From an uncultured Chloroflexia bacterium (GTDB lineage: Bacteria; Chloroflexota; Limnocylindria; Limnocylindrales; CSP1-4), in NCBI GenBank assembly GCA_963707215.1, contig CAVPPB010000001.1, positions 672,001 to 736,000 on the forward strand: a stretch of 64,000 nucleotides of DNA, written 5' to 3'. Shown here in pieces: positions 20,255 to 32,108 of the stretch. Made by a program: the position numbers and the translations under genes. The first letter of the stretch is position 1. Every line of letters begins with the position of its first letter. The notes beneath the pieces were generated by a model, which was not told the origin of the DNA, did no database searches, and was given only the letters and a program-made list of their open reading frames with translations.

Positions 20255-21698
20255 TCAGGCGAGCTCGGGATCGGCCCAGGCCAGGCGGCCGTCGGCGACG
20301 GTGAGGAGGACCCGGCCGGGCAGCTCCTGACCGAGCAGCGGCGTGTTCCGTCCCTTCGTGGCGAGGGCCGCGTCATCGACCGTCCAGGTCGCCGACCGAT
20401 CGAAGACGACAAGATCCGCGGGTGCTCCTTCGACGAGGCCGACGGACCGACCGAGCCGCTCGCCCAGGATCGCCGCCGGACCGGAGGTCAGCGCCGCCAT
20501 CGCACGCCCCAGCGAAAGACGGTCGGCATCGACGGCCGCGAGCAGGACGCCGAGCGCGGTCTCGAGCCCCGCGATCCCGTTGGACGCCCAGCCGAACTCG
20601 ACCTCCTTGTCCACCTGTGCGTGGGGCGCATGGTCGGTCGCCACGGCGTCGGCCGTCCCATCCGCCAGCGCGGCCAGCACCGCGGCCGCGTCGACGGCCG
20701 ACCGGAGCGGCGGATCCACCCGGCACGACGGGTCGTACGGGTGGGCGACGAGCGCCCCGTCTGCCCACGGGTCTCGGGCTCGACCGTCGGCTCCCAGGGC
20801 CTCCCAGGACCAGCGCCGCGCGCCGGCGACCCACTCGTCGGTCAACGCCAGGTGGTGCGGTGTCACATCGCAGGTGACCGGCAACCCGCGCGCCCTGGCC
20901 GCCCGGACCTGGTCGAGGGCGGCGGCGGTCGACAGGTGGGTGAGATGCAGGCGCGCGGTCGGCACGTCGCTCAGGACACCTCCCAGCACGGCGATGTCTC
21001 GAGCGACGGCAGCGGCCTCGCCGGCGACCGGCCAGCCCCTCAGGCCGAGGACGGTCGCCACGAACCCCTCGTTGGCCTCGGCGCCCTTCGTCTGCGACGG
21101 GTCCTCGGCGTGTTCGACGATCGGCAGGCCGAGCGCCCCGGCATAGGCCAGGGAATGGCGCAGGATGGCGGCCGAAGCGACCGGAGAGCCGTCGTCCGAG
21201 AAGCCGACCACCCCGGCATCGGCCAGCTCCCCCATCGCCGAGAGCTGCTCCCCACCCCGGCCCCGCGTCACGGCCCCATAGGCGAGCAGCCGGACCGGCG
21301 ATCCGCTGCGTGCGGCCGACGACCGCATCAGCTCGAGGACCGCGACCTCGTCGAGCGTCGGGTCCGTGTCGGGCATCGCCGCGACCGCCGTGAACCCGCC
21401 ATGGGCCGCTGCCAGCAGGCCGCTGGCGAGCGTCTCCGCGTCCTCGTTGCCGGGTTCGCGGAGGTGGACGTGGAGGTCGATGAAGGCGGGGGCCACGATG
21501 ACGCCCCGGTCGTCGACACCGCTTGCCTCGTCGCCCTCCAGCCAGGTGACCGCCTCGACGATACCGTCGCGGACGACGATCTCGCCGGGCCCTTCGCGTC
21601 CGCCGGCAGGATCGACGAGCCAGGCCCGACCCAGCTCCAGGTCCATGATCGTCTCGCCGGCCGCCAGGATCGCCCCGGAGCGGACGGGTCGCCCCGGC

Positions 21699-21709
<11 letters not shown>
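20255..21709 (-). CDS. pyrC: Dihydroorotase
   Basis: DLHVHLREPG, HAED, DVTPHHL, ATDHAPH, GLET; overlaps the pyrB stop. Confidence 0.9.
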
Positions 21710-23362
<1,653 letters not shown>

Positions 23363-23391
23363 TGATGGCAGTCTAGCGCAGGCGGCCGGGC

Positions 23392-23946
23392 TCAGTAGAC
23401 GTGGACGGTCACGCTGGTCGTCCCCGACCACGAAGGGCAGCCACAGATGGCGAAGAAGTCGGCCCGCTGCAGGTCGATGATCCGACCCTTCCCGAACGGG
23501 CCGTAGTCGTTGACCGTCCGCACCAGGCAGCCGCTGGGTCCGCAGACCCGGATCACCGTCCCGCGGGGCAGGCGCATGGCGGTCGTGCCGTTGTCGTAGA
23601 ACGTGGCGATGCCGGTGAGGGTGTAGCGGCCCGGCTTCCACTCCGAGCCCGCCTTCGGCGCGGGAGCCGCGATCGACGGGCGAGCGAGCGGCGGGAGCGG
23701 CACCTCGCCAGCCTCCACGAAGGGCGCAGTGGGGTCGAGATGGCCCGCGGAGATGAAGCTCGGATCCGCCTGCGGCGCCGAACGCGTGGCCTGAGCGATC
23801 CCGGAGGCCCCGGTGACGAGCCGGAGGTCGAGCAGCTCGGGGACGCTCCGATCCCCGGGACGGGCCGCCCCCGTGATAGCCGGCAGGGCGATCAGGGCGG
23901 TGGCCGTCGTGACGATCACGACGGTGGCAAGTCGACGGGCACGCAT
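23392..23946 (-). CDS. Secreted RlpA-like double-psi beta-barrel protein
   Basis: Signal/TM segment; GIATFY, LPRGT, VNDYGP..GRIIDL. Confidence 0.75.
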   Translation of the reverse strand: MRARRLATVVIVTTATALIALPAITGAARPGDRSVPELLDLRLVTGASGIAQATRSAPQADPSFISAGHLDPTAPFVEAGEVPLPPLARPSIAAPAPKAGSEWKPGRYTLTGIATFYDNGTTAMRLPRGTVIRVCGPSGCLVRTVNDYGPFGKGRIIDLQRADFFAICGCPSWSGTTSVTVHVY

Positions 23947-24053
23947 CGGCCCGGGACCCTACCGCACCGCTCCGGTCCAGGATGTGGATAACTCGGGCTG
24001 TCCCGGCTGGTGAGCGCGGACCTGCGCCCTGCGGGCGCCGCTGAGCGCTCAGG

Positions 24054-25841
24054 TCAGCGGACCACGAGGACCGGCGCGTCGTCCTGCCCGGGCTGCGACT
24101 CGGCCCGGCCGGCGTTGCCACCAGTCCAGGCTACGACGACGACCCGGCTTCCCTGCCCGTCCTGGCCGGGTGGCACCGCGAATGCCAGGCGGCCCTCGCG
24201 GATCGAGAAGCCGGGGAGCGCCACCGCCTCGTCGAGCAGCGGTCCGTCGGGATCGAGCCGCCCCGAGACCCGATCGATCCCGTGGAGCGACAGCGACCCG
24301 ACCGCAGGATCGACCGCATCGGCGATCCACAGGCCGAAGTGGCTGCCGTCCTCGTCCCAGCGGACATCCCAATCCACGAGCGGGCCCGTCGCCAGGCCGA
24401 TCTCCCCCGACACGATCGGCGCGGGTGATGCGGACGGGGCAGCCGAGGCGAACGGGTCCGCGGTCACACTCGGCAACCACCCGGGTGCGAGCTCGGCGAG
24501 GACCAGGCGGCCCTCGTCGGCGACCCAGTCGGCACCATCCGGACCGGCGACCAGCGATCCCCGCCAGAAGACGACCCGGGTGCCGGTGGGATCGATGACC
24601 GGTCGCCAGATGTCGCCGCCCGGAAGGTCGACCTCGTCGCCGGTCGACGGGTCGATCAGCAGCGAGACCACCGCCGGCCCGGTCGGGTCCGGCGATGCTT
24701 CCCCGTCGCCCGGCAACAGGACGCGGCTGGCGAGCACGCGTTCACCGAGCCAGCCCGCGAAGACGGTCGCATGGTCCGATGTGAGCGGCACGGCAGCAGC
24801 GCTCCCAAGCTCCCAGAGATAGACGTCGGGACCTTGGCTGCCGTCGTCCGGGCGAGCGGAGAAGGCGAACCAGCGACCATCCGGCGAGAAGCCGGCAGCC
24901 TGACCGACCACGATGACGTCGGAGGCGATGGCAAGGACGTTCGGATCGGCCGTCGGGCTCGGCGATGCCTCCGGGCTCGAGGTGACGTCCGGACTGGCCG
25001 CCGGCGACGCGGAGGGGGCCGCCGTCGGTGAGGGGGATGGGGCCGCTGACGGGTCGGGCGACGGGACCGCGGATGGATCCGTCGACGGGGTGGCCGACGG
25101 TCCTGGCGAAGGTGAGGGCGATGCCCCCGCGCCCAACGTCACGACCAGGACCGAACCACCGCTGCGGGCGTTGGTCGCGTCCACCACGGCGACGTTCGAG
25201 CCGGGCGGTGCGGCCACGATGCTCCTGGGCAATGTGGACAGCGCGAGTGGTTCGGCGCTCGGTGCATCGATCGCCGGGCAGTCCGGCCGGATCTCCGGTC
25301 GGCAGACCTGCTCGACCGCCGCGAGGGCCACGGCGTACGTGCCATCGTCCTGGCGCTGCAGCCAGCTCACATCGCCGACCGCCACTTCGAGCGGGGTCGG
25401 GCGGGGTGTCCCGGCGGGCGACGGCTCTGCCACGGTCGTGGGCAGGGGCAGGCTCGGGGAGGCCTCGACATCGGGGATGCCGGGTCGCGAGAGCACCGAG
25501 GTCCCGACGACGACGGCGACGACGAGGGCGCCGGCGAGGGCGCCGTAGGGCACCAGGGCGGACCGTCCGCGTGACCGGCCCGAGTCCGCATCGATGGCGG
25601 TCCTCGTCCTGGCCCATAGGTCGCGCGGCGGCTCCGGCCGCGGTTGGGCACGAAGGAGCGCCCGCTGGCGCTCGTAGGCGGCGGCAGACACCCGGCAGGC
25701 TTCACAAGCGAGGTGGTGACGCTCCAGCCAGGCAAGATCGTCGTGCGAGAGCGGGCCGAGAAGCGCGTCCGAGGCGAGACCCCGGGCACGATGATGGTCG
25801 TCGCGCGGCTCGCGGCGCGAACCGGGCAGGAAGGGTGTCAT
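24054..25841 (-). CDS. Zinc-finger anti-sigma factor with Pro/Ser linker and TolB/PD40-like extracellular domain
   Basis: H...HHLACEAC (HxxxCxxC), TM helix, FSPDGRWFAF; overlaps the sigma gene by 4 nt. Confidence 0.8.
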   Translation of the reverse strand: MTPFLPGSRREPRDDHHRARGLASDALLGPLSHDDLAWLERHHLACEACRVSAAAYERQRALLRAQPRPEPPRDLWARTRTAIDADSGRSRGRSALVPYGALAGALVVAVVVGTSVLSRPGIPDVEASPSLPLPTTVAEPSPAGTPRPTPLEVAVGDVSWLQRQDDGTYAVALAAVEQVCRPEIRPDCPAIDAPSAEPLALSTLPRSIVAAPPGSNVAVVDATNARSGGSVLVVTLGAGASPSPSPGPSATPSTDPSAVPSPDPSAAPSPSPTAAPSASPAASPDVTSSPEASPSPTADPNVLAIASDVIVVGQAAGFSPDGRWFAFSARPDDGSQGPDVYLWELGSAAAVPLTSDHATVFAGWLGERVLASRVLLPGDGEASPDPTGPAVVSLLIDPSTGDEVDLPGGDIWRPVIDPTGTRVVFWRGSLVAGPDGADWVADEGRLVLAELAPGWLPSVTADPFASAAPSASPAPIVSGEIGLATGPLVDWDVRWDEDGSHFGLWIADAVDPAVGSLSLHGIDRVSGRLDPDGPLLDEAVALPGFSIREGRLAFAVPPGQDGQGSRVVVVAWTGGNAGRAESQPGQDDAPVLVVR

Positions 25842-26509
25842 CGGGGACCCGCCCGGTGCTCGTCGCGAGCGCCATAGGCGGCGTCGAGGGCCGCTTCCCG
25901 CTCCGCGGTCTGGCGCTCCTCGTCGGCGAGCGCCCGACGAAGGGACTCGCGGGCGCGAGTGAGCAGGGCTCGGGCAGCCACGTGACTCACGCCCAGCACC
26001 TCGGCCAGCTCCAGGCCGGTGAGGTCGTGGACCTCGGCCAGGATGAGCGCTTCACGCTGGCGCTCAGGGATCCGCGCCAGCGCGTTGGCGAGCTCACCCG
26101 AGAGCTGGAGGTCCATCGCCAGCCGCTCCGCGGACGGGGCGGCTCCACGCGACTCGCCGGTCCAGGGGACGAAGCGCAGGATCTTGCGCCTGCGGATGTC
26201 GTCCAGGGCGACCCGGTGAGCGATCTGGTACAGCCATGCGCGGGCGTTCTCGGGCTTCTCGAGCGTGGCGTGCGCGCGATAGGCCTTGACGAACGCGTCC
26301 TGGGCGAGGTCCGAGGCAAGGTCCGGGTCGCGGACCATCCGCAGCAGGTACGCGAAGATCTCACCGTGGTGCTTCGCGAAGAGCTCCTCGATGAACGAGT
26401 CTGCCGCCGTCCGGTTGGCCTGGTTCACGACCAGGGTTCCGGGGAAGGCGAGGACGCCGACCGTGGCGTCGCCTGGGACCATCGTCGCTCCCGAGCGGGA
26501 TGTGGACAT
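25838..26509 (-). CDS. ECF RNA polymerase sigma factor (start approximate)
   Basis: ASDLAQDAFVKAY, AWLYQIAHR, IPERQREALIL, ELAEVLG. Confidence 0.9.
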   Translation of the reverse strand: MSTSRSGATMVPGDATVGVLAFPGTLVVNQANRTAADSFIEELFAKHHGEIFAYLLRMVRDPDLASDLAQDAFVKAYRAHATLEKPENARAWLYQIAHRVALDDIRRRKILRFVPWTGESRGAAPSAERLAMDLQLSGELANALARIPERQREALILAEVHDLTGLELAEVLGVSHVAARALLTRARESLRRALADEERQTAEREAALDAAYGARDEHRAGPR

Positions 26510-26600
26510 GGACCCGGTCGGAGAGGCCGGGTCATCGGTGCCGGAGGGACGATGGGGCGACCGGCCCTGTGACGGTGGGTGGCGCCGCGACGCGATGCCG

Positions 26601-27605
26601 TCATGGGCTTCGCCTGCCGTGCGGATCAACGGCGTCCTGGGCGTCGGCGAGGAGCTCCTCGACGGCGTCCTCCGGGGCCACCGGATTGACCGGCAGGCCG
26701 GTCCCCAGCTCGAGGCCGGCGATCTCGCGCAGCCTCGGATGGACCTCCCAGTGCCAGTGGTAGGTGGTGTCCACATGCTCCCGTAGCGGCGCGGTATGGA
26801 GCACGAGGTTGTACGGCGGGTGATCGAGGGCCGCGAGGCTGCCCAGCACCTGGCGCAGGGCCTCGGCGGTGGAGGCGATATCGGCCTCCGTCGTTCGGCC
26901 GAAGTCGGACTCGTGGCGCCGCGGGACGATCCACACCTCGAACGGGGAGCGCGAAGCGTAGGGAGCGAAAGCGACGCTTGCGTCGTCCTGCCAGAGGAGG
27001 CGGCCTCCCACACGGACCTCGTCGCGCACGAGCCGGCAGAACGGGCACTCGCCCTCGCGGATGACGAACCGAGCCGAGCCACCCAGCTCCTCGCCGATGC
27101 GGTGGGGAACCTGCGGCAACTCGTAGAGGTCGAGGCACAGGTGGTTCGTCCGGGCCCCCGCCTGCCGCCCCCAGTTCTGGACGACCTGGACGTACTCGAC
27201 CTGCTCTGCATCGCGGACGCCGTCAAGGGCCGTCCGGGTCGCCGCCAGCAGCTCGCCGATCAGGGCGCTGCCGACGGCGTGGAGGGGCCGGTGCTCACCG
27301 GGCGGCGCCACCACGGTCCGCCAACCGCCGACCGCCCGTGCCTGGGCGAGACTGAGCTGGGCGAGGCCGCGGTCGAGCGCACGAGCCTCGTCCTCGGTGC
27401 CGACCACGTTGAAGGCGGCCTCCTTGAGGTTCCGGACCCGGACGCCGTCGCCGGGCGGCTCGACGCAGTTGGCGCAGTGGCCGTCGTCCGCGACCGGCTC
27501 GGCGGCAAGGCGGAACCGTTCTCGATCGAACTCGCGGTCCACGATCGTCGCGACCCACCAGCCGGTGATCGCGTCCTTGCGGAGCTCGAAGAGCCCGGCG
27601 CCCAC
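26601..27605 (-). CDS. Galactose-1-phosphate uridylyltransferase-like (GalT/HIT) protein with altered active site
   Basis: ELRKDAITGWWV, CPFC, APYASRSPFE, YHWHWE.HPRL..IAGLELGTG..NPVAPE. Confidence 0.85.
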   Translation of the reverse strand: MGAGLFELRKDAITGWWVATIVDREFDRERFRLAAEPVADDGHCANCVEPPGDGVRVRNLKEAAFNVVGTEDEARALDRGLAQLSLAQARAVGGWRTVVAPPGEHRPLHAVGSALIGELLAATRTALDGVRDAEQVEYVQVVQNWGRQAGARTNHLCLDLYELPQVPHRIGEELGGSARFVIREGECPFCRLVRDEVRVGGRLLWQDDASVAFAPYASRSPFEVWIVPRRHESDFGRTTEADIASTAEALRQVLGSLAALDHPPYNLVLHTAPLREHVDTTYHWHWEVHPRLREIAGLELGTGLPVNPVAPEDAVEELLADAQDAVDPHGRRSP

Positions 27606-27608
27606 CGC

Positions 27609-28394
27609 TCAGGCCCCGACCGCGCGCAGGAGGGCCAGGCTCCGCTGCGGATCGGCATCGGGCGGCAACGTCCCAGCCAGCGGCGCCCCGAGCCGACGTG
27701 CCAGCGCGGGGCCGAAGACGGCCGCGGCCCGGGCGACCGACGACGTCGACGGCGGCTCGGCGGTGCGGCCGACCTCCTCGGCGATCGAGGTGGAGACGAC
27801 GCCCGGCAGGCCGCACGGGTCGATGAGATCGAAGTCAGCCAGCTCGGTCGTGACGTTGAGGGCGACGCCGTGGTAGCTGACGCCGCGCTCCACTCGGAGT
27901 CCGAGGGCGCCGATCTTGCGAGGCGCGGCGGTGCCGACGGCCACCCAGCAGCCGGGGTGCCCGTCGCGGCGCTCCGCGTCGACGACGCCAAGGGCCGAGC
28001 AAGTGTCGATCATCGCCCCTTCGAGGGCCCGTACCAGGGGGCGCAGCAGGAGACCGCGCGCACCGAGCTTGATGATCGGATAGGCGACCAGCTGGCCCGG
28101 GCCATGGTAGGTGACCTCTCCCCCGCGCTCGACCCGGATGACCTCCAGGTCGAGGTCCCGCAGCTCCCGAGAGGTGGCGCGGATGAACCGCTCGTCGGCC
28201 TGCCGACCGAGCGTCAGGACGGCCGGATGCTCGAGGAGCAGGAGCGTGTCGCCGATGCGATCGTCGGACCGGGCCGCGGCCAGCTGCCGCTGGAGGTCCC
28301 AGGCGTCCCGGTAGGCGATCCGGCCGAGCCAGTGCGTTTCCAGGGCATCGCGCCCGGTCGGAGGCAGGACCGAGGCCGGTGCGAGCGTCTCCAC
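27609..28394 (-). CDS. lipB: Octanoyltransferase
   Basis: LLEHP, RGGEVTYHGPGQ, KIGALG, HGVALN, PCG. Confidence 0.95.
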   Translation of the reverse strand: METLAPASVLPPTGRDALETHWLGRIAYRDAWDLQRQLAAARSDDRIGDTLLLLEHPAVLTLGRQADERFIRATSRELRDLDLEVIRVERGGEVTYHGPGQLVAYPIIKLGARGLLLRPLVRALEGAMIDTCSALGVVDAERRDGHPGCWVAVGTAAPRKIGALGLRVERGVSYHGVALNVTTELADFDLIDPCGLPGVVSTSIAEEVGRTAEPPSTSSVARAAAVFGPALARRLGAPLAGTLPPDADPQRSLALLRAVGA

Positions 28395-28455
28395 GGCGGC
28401 ACGATAGCAGCCGCGGCGACCAGAGGCTGCGCACCGGATCTGGCCGGCGGTCGCC

Positions 28456-29328
28456 CTAGCCCCGAGCCGCCTGCTCCTCGCTGAGGCTCTTCCAGAGCCG
28501 ATGACGCAGCTCGGCGAACTCCGGCGTCTCCATCAGCGGCTCTCCGCGGTCCGAACGCTCGAACGGGACGTCGACGATCTCCTTGACCCGGCCCGGCCGA
28601 GCGGTCATGACGATCACGGTGTCGGCCAGCAGGATCGCCTCGTCAAGGTCGTGGGTGACGAAGACGGACGTGGCCCCGGGCCGTGCGGCGAGGATCCGGA
28701 TCAGCTCGAACTGCATGATCCGACGGGTGAGCGCGTCAAGCGCCCCGAACGGCTCGTCCATCAGCAGGATCTCGGGCTCGACGGTCAGGGTCCGGGCGAT
28801 CCCGACCCGCTGCTGCATGCCGCCGGAGAGCTGGTGGGGGAAGGTCCGCTCGAAGCCCTTCAGGCCGACCAGGTCGATGTTGACCTGGGCCCGAGCGTAC
28901 CGCTCGTCCTTGCCGACGCCGCGGATCTCCAACCCGAAGGCGACGTTGTCGATCACCGACCGCCAGGGATACAGGCCGAAGTCCTGGAAGATGAAGCCGC
29001 ACTCGCGCCGAGGCCTCGTCACCTGCTCGCCGTTCACCAGGATCTTGCCCGCGTCGGCCCGGACCAGCCCATCCATCATCCGGAGGGCCGTCGTCTTGCC
29101 GCAGCCGCTGGGGCCCACGATCGTGACGAACCGCCCCTCCTCGACCGTGAAGCTGAGGTCGTCGAGGGCGGTGACCTCGACCGTCTGCGGGCGAGGATCC
29201 GGCATGAGACGCCCCAGGAACGTGTCACGGCGCTTGACCGTGCGATAGGTCTTGATGACGTTCTCGAGGACGATCTTCGCCAGCGGGTCGGATCGGGTCG
29301 CTGGATCAGGCATCCGCGCCTCCCCCAT
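28456..29328 (-). CDS. NitT/TauT-family ABC transporter ATP-binding protein
   Basis: GPSGCGKT, LSGGMQQR, MDEPFGALD. Confidence 0.93.
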   Translation of the reverse strand: MGEARMPDPATRSDPLAKIVLENVIKTYRTVKRRDTFLGRLMPDPRPQTVEVTALDDLSFTVEEGRFVTIVGPSGCGKTTALRMMDGLVRADAGKILVNGEQVTRPRRECGFIFQDFGLYPWRSVIDNVAFGLEIRGVGKDERYARAQVNIDLVGLKGFERTFPHQLSGGMQQRVGIARTLTVEPEILLMDEPFGALDALTRRIMQFELIRILAARPGATSVFVTHDLDEAILLADTVIVMTARPGRVKEIVDVPFERSDRGEPLMETPEFAELRHRLWKSLSEEQAARG

Positions 29329-30070
29329 CGATGGTCAGGCCATGGCGCCACGGCGCGACGGAGTCCTCGACCCGCTGGAGGATCGCGACGGCGGTGACGC
29401 CCAGCAGCATGACGAAGAGGACGACCGCCAGGACGGTCGCCAGGTCCAGGGTCGCTCCGGCGATCTTGAGCAGGTAGCCGATGCCGGTCAGCGAGGCGAT
29501 GAGCAGCTCGGACACGACCATCCCCTGGATGGCCAGACCGACCCCCAGCCGGAGGGCCGTGAAGATGAACGGGATCTCGTGGGGGATCAGGACCTTCCAG
29601 AAGATCTGGCGCTCGGAGGCGACGTAGGTCCGGGCGACCTCGACCAGGGTCGTCGGGGTGCTCTTGGCCCCCTGGTAGGCGACGATGGCCACCTGGGGGA
29701 CCGTGAACAGGAAGATGAAGACGATCCGGACCTGCTCGTCGATCCCGAACCAGAGGACCAGCAGTGGGACGATCGCCGAGAACGGCATGACGTAGAGCGC
29801 CGTCAGGTACGGGTCGACGGCTCGTCCGAGCCACGAGCGCACCCCCATCATGATCCCGAGCGGGATGCCGAAGAAGACGGCCAGCAGGCCGCCGATGGCG
29901 AACGACGAGAGGGTGACCGAGAGGGCCGAGAGCAGCTTGCCGCTGCCGAGCAGGTCGAAGAAGGAGTCGAGGACGGCCCCCGGGCCGGGCAGCCCGAACT
30001 CCGAGGCACCGAGGCTCAGGAGCCACCAGATCCCCAGCAAGCCGATCAGCGATCCGATCCGGGCGATCAT
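29306..30070 (-). CDS. NitT/TauT-family ABC permease
   Basis: Six TM helices, EVARTY..SERQIF EAA-like loop. Confidence 0.88.
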   Translation of the reverse strand: MIARIGSLIGLLGIWWLLSLGASEFGLPGPGAVLDSFFDLLGSGKLLSALSVTLSSFAIGGLLAVFFGIPLGIMMGVRSWLGRAVDPYLTALYVMPFSAIVPLLVLWFGIDEQVRIVFIFLFTVPQVAIVAYQGAKSTPTTLVEVARTYVASERQIFWKVLIPHEIPFIFTALRLGVGLAIQGMVVSELLIASLTGIGYLLKIAGATLDLATVLAVVLFVMLLGVTAVAILQRVEDSVAPWRHGLTIDGGGADA

Positions 30071-30879
30071 GTCGTCTGCCGCCAGGGAGCGATCGCGGTC
30101 TCGACTCGAGCGACCGCGGCCTGCAGCACCACGCCGAGCAGGAGCAGGAAGATCAGCACGGCGATCAGCGAGGCGCTGTCGAATTCGTGGGCGAAGCCGG
30201 AGAGCATCAGGCCGAGGCCGGTGATCGAGACCACGAGCTCGGCGAGGACCGTTCCCTTCACCGCACGGCCGAGGCCGAGTCGGATGGCGGTGACGATGTA
30301 GGGGACGGCGTGGGGGATGACGGTCATCGAGAAGACCTGGCGGGACGAGGCCCCGAAGACCCGCGCCACCTCGACGAAGGTCCTGGGGGTCTCGCGAGCA
30401 CCGCGGTAGCAGGTCAGCGTGATGACCGGCGCCGAGAAGACGAAGACCGTGGCGATCCGTGGCTCCAGGCCGATCCCGAACCACCAGACGAACAGCGGCG
30501 TGAGCGCCGAGACGGGAGCCACGTACAGCCCGTTCACGTACGGGCCGAAGATGTGCTCCACGCTCTTGTTGGCGCCCATGGCGATGCCGAGCGGCGCCCC
30601 CACGACCAGGGCCAGGAACGCGCCGAGGACGAGCGCCGACATGCTCAGGGCAAGCGCCTGCCAGACCTCGCCGGTGACGAAGGTCAGCTCGAAGAAGCGG
30701 GAGAAGACGGCGAACGGACCCGGCACCAGGTAGGCCGGTTGGTCGATGGACAGGATGGCCCAGACGACCAGCAGGATGGCGCCGAGGACCAGCGGCGGGA
30801 CGAGCAACCGCCGCCCGAGGCGCGGAGCCGACCGCCAGGCCGCCGAGCGGCCTGGCGAGTCGGCGCGGGCGAGACTCAC
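30067..30879 (-). CDS. NitT/TauT-family ABC permease
   Basis: EVARVFGASSRQ loop, TGLG; TM pattern. Confidence 0.88.
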   Translation of the reverse strand: MSLARADSPGRSAAWRSAPRLGRRLLVPPLVLGAILLVVWAILSIDQPAYLVPGPFAVFSRFFELTFVTGEVWQALALSMSALVLGAFLALVVGAPLGIAMGANKSVEHIFGPYVNGLYVAPVSALTPLFVWWFGIGLEPRIATVFVFSAPVITLTCYRGARETPRTFVEVARVFGASSRQVFSMTVIPHAVPYIVTAIRLGLGRAVKGTVLAELVVSITGLGLMLSGFAHEFDSASLIAVLIFLLLLGVVLQAAVARVETAIAPWRQTT

Positions 30880-30895
30880 GGGGCGGGTCGCTGGC

Positions 30896-31921
30896 CTACT
30901 GGGTCGCCGCGTCGACGAAGGTGGTGTCGACCACGTCACCGTAGGCGAGCGTTTCGTCGCTGGTGAGCTGCTCGACCTCGACGAGCAGGTCGTTCATCCG
31001 GGTGAAGTACTCCTCGTCGAGCCCGCCGTCGATCGGGAAGAGCTGGATCTCCTGGTACAGCTCGAAGTCGCCCGCCACCTCTGCTGGATCGAGACCGGCG
31101 GTCTCCGGGCGCTCCTCGGCGAGCATCTCGTCGGCCATCTGCTGGGGATCGCCGTCGTAGAAGCGCTGGTAGGCCTCGAGGGTCGCGGCGGCGAAGGCGT
31201 TCGCCAGCTCGGTGTTCTCGCGGAAGGTGTCGCTCATCGCGAAGCCCTCCCACATCATCGGATCCAGGGTCGGCGCGCCCGTGCCCCAGATCTTGAAGTC
31301 ACCGTTGGTCTCTGCCTCCAATTGGGCCCCGACGGCCCGGAACAGGATCGCCGCGTCCATCGTGCCGGCGGTCAGGGCCGCGGCCCGGTTGCCGGATCCG
31401 GCCAGGTAGACGGTCTCGTAGTCGCCCTGGGTCAGTCCCGCCTGGGCCATCAGGCCCGGCAGAACGACCGACGAGAGCGAGGTCGGGTCCTGGGCCCCGA
31501 TCTTCTTGCCCTGCAGCTGCGAGAGATCGGTCACGTCGCCCGGTACGACCAGGACGAAGGTGTTCTGGGTCTCGTTGGTCAGCGTCCACTTCATCCCCAG
31601 GCCAGCGTCGATGGCTCGCTGGATGCCCAGGAGCGAGATCAGGGCGACGTCGATGCGCCCGCGGTCGAGGGCTGACGCAACGACCTCGTCACCGGAGAGG
31701 GCCGCGTACTCGAGCTGGATGCCCTGCTCGGCGAGGATCTCGCGGCCGAAGGTCAGTACCGGCAGCAGATAGACCTCGGCCTGGGTCGTGCCCGTCCCGA
31801 AGTAGATGATGGATTCCCCGGGCTCGGAGGTCCCACCTCCCCCGTCGTCCGAGCAGGCCGTTGCGACGAGAGCGACGCTGAGGACAAGCGCGCCGATCCC
31901 GGTTCGACGGGTGCGAGTCAT
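30896..31921 (-). CDS. ABC substrate-binding lipoprotein (NMT1/SsuA-like)
   Basis: Lipobox VATAC, DLSQLQGKKIG; GGAGG RBS. Confidence 0.88.
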   Translation of the reverse strand: MTRTRRTGIGALVLSVALVATACSDDGGGGTSEPGESIIYFGTGTTQAEVYLLPVLTFGREILAEQGIQLEYAALSGDEVVASALDRGRIDVALISLLGIQRAIDAGLGMKWTLTNETQNTFVLVVPGDVTDLSQLQGKKIGAQDPTSLSSVVLPGLMAQAGLTQGDYETVYLAGSGNRAAALTAGTMDAAILFRAVGAQLEAETNGDFKIWGTGAPTLDPMMWEGFAMSDTFRENTELANAFAAATLEAYQRFYDGDPQQMADEMLAEERPETAGLDPAEVAGDFELYQEIQLFPIDGGLDEEYFTRMNDLLVEVEQLTSDETLAYGDVVDTTFVDAATQ

Positions 31922-32108
31922 GGTTCTACCTCCGTGGCCCGACCACGACCGGGGGGCTACCCGGGCGCTCACTCGGCCGGGACGTGGAGCGTAGTATACC
32001 GTCGGATGCGACGACATTCACGTATCGGCGGTGTATCGGCCGACACGGGTCGACGCCGGAAGCGAGTAGGACGAAGGGGGCCATCGAGGTGATCTGGAGG
32101 ACGCGGTC

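Noticed and set aside
23983-23991. Replication origin
   Set aside because: Single DnaA box, no AT-rich unwinding element, no dnaA/dnaN
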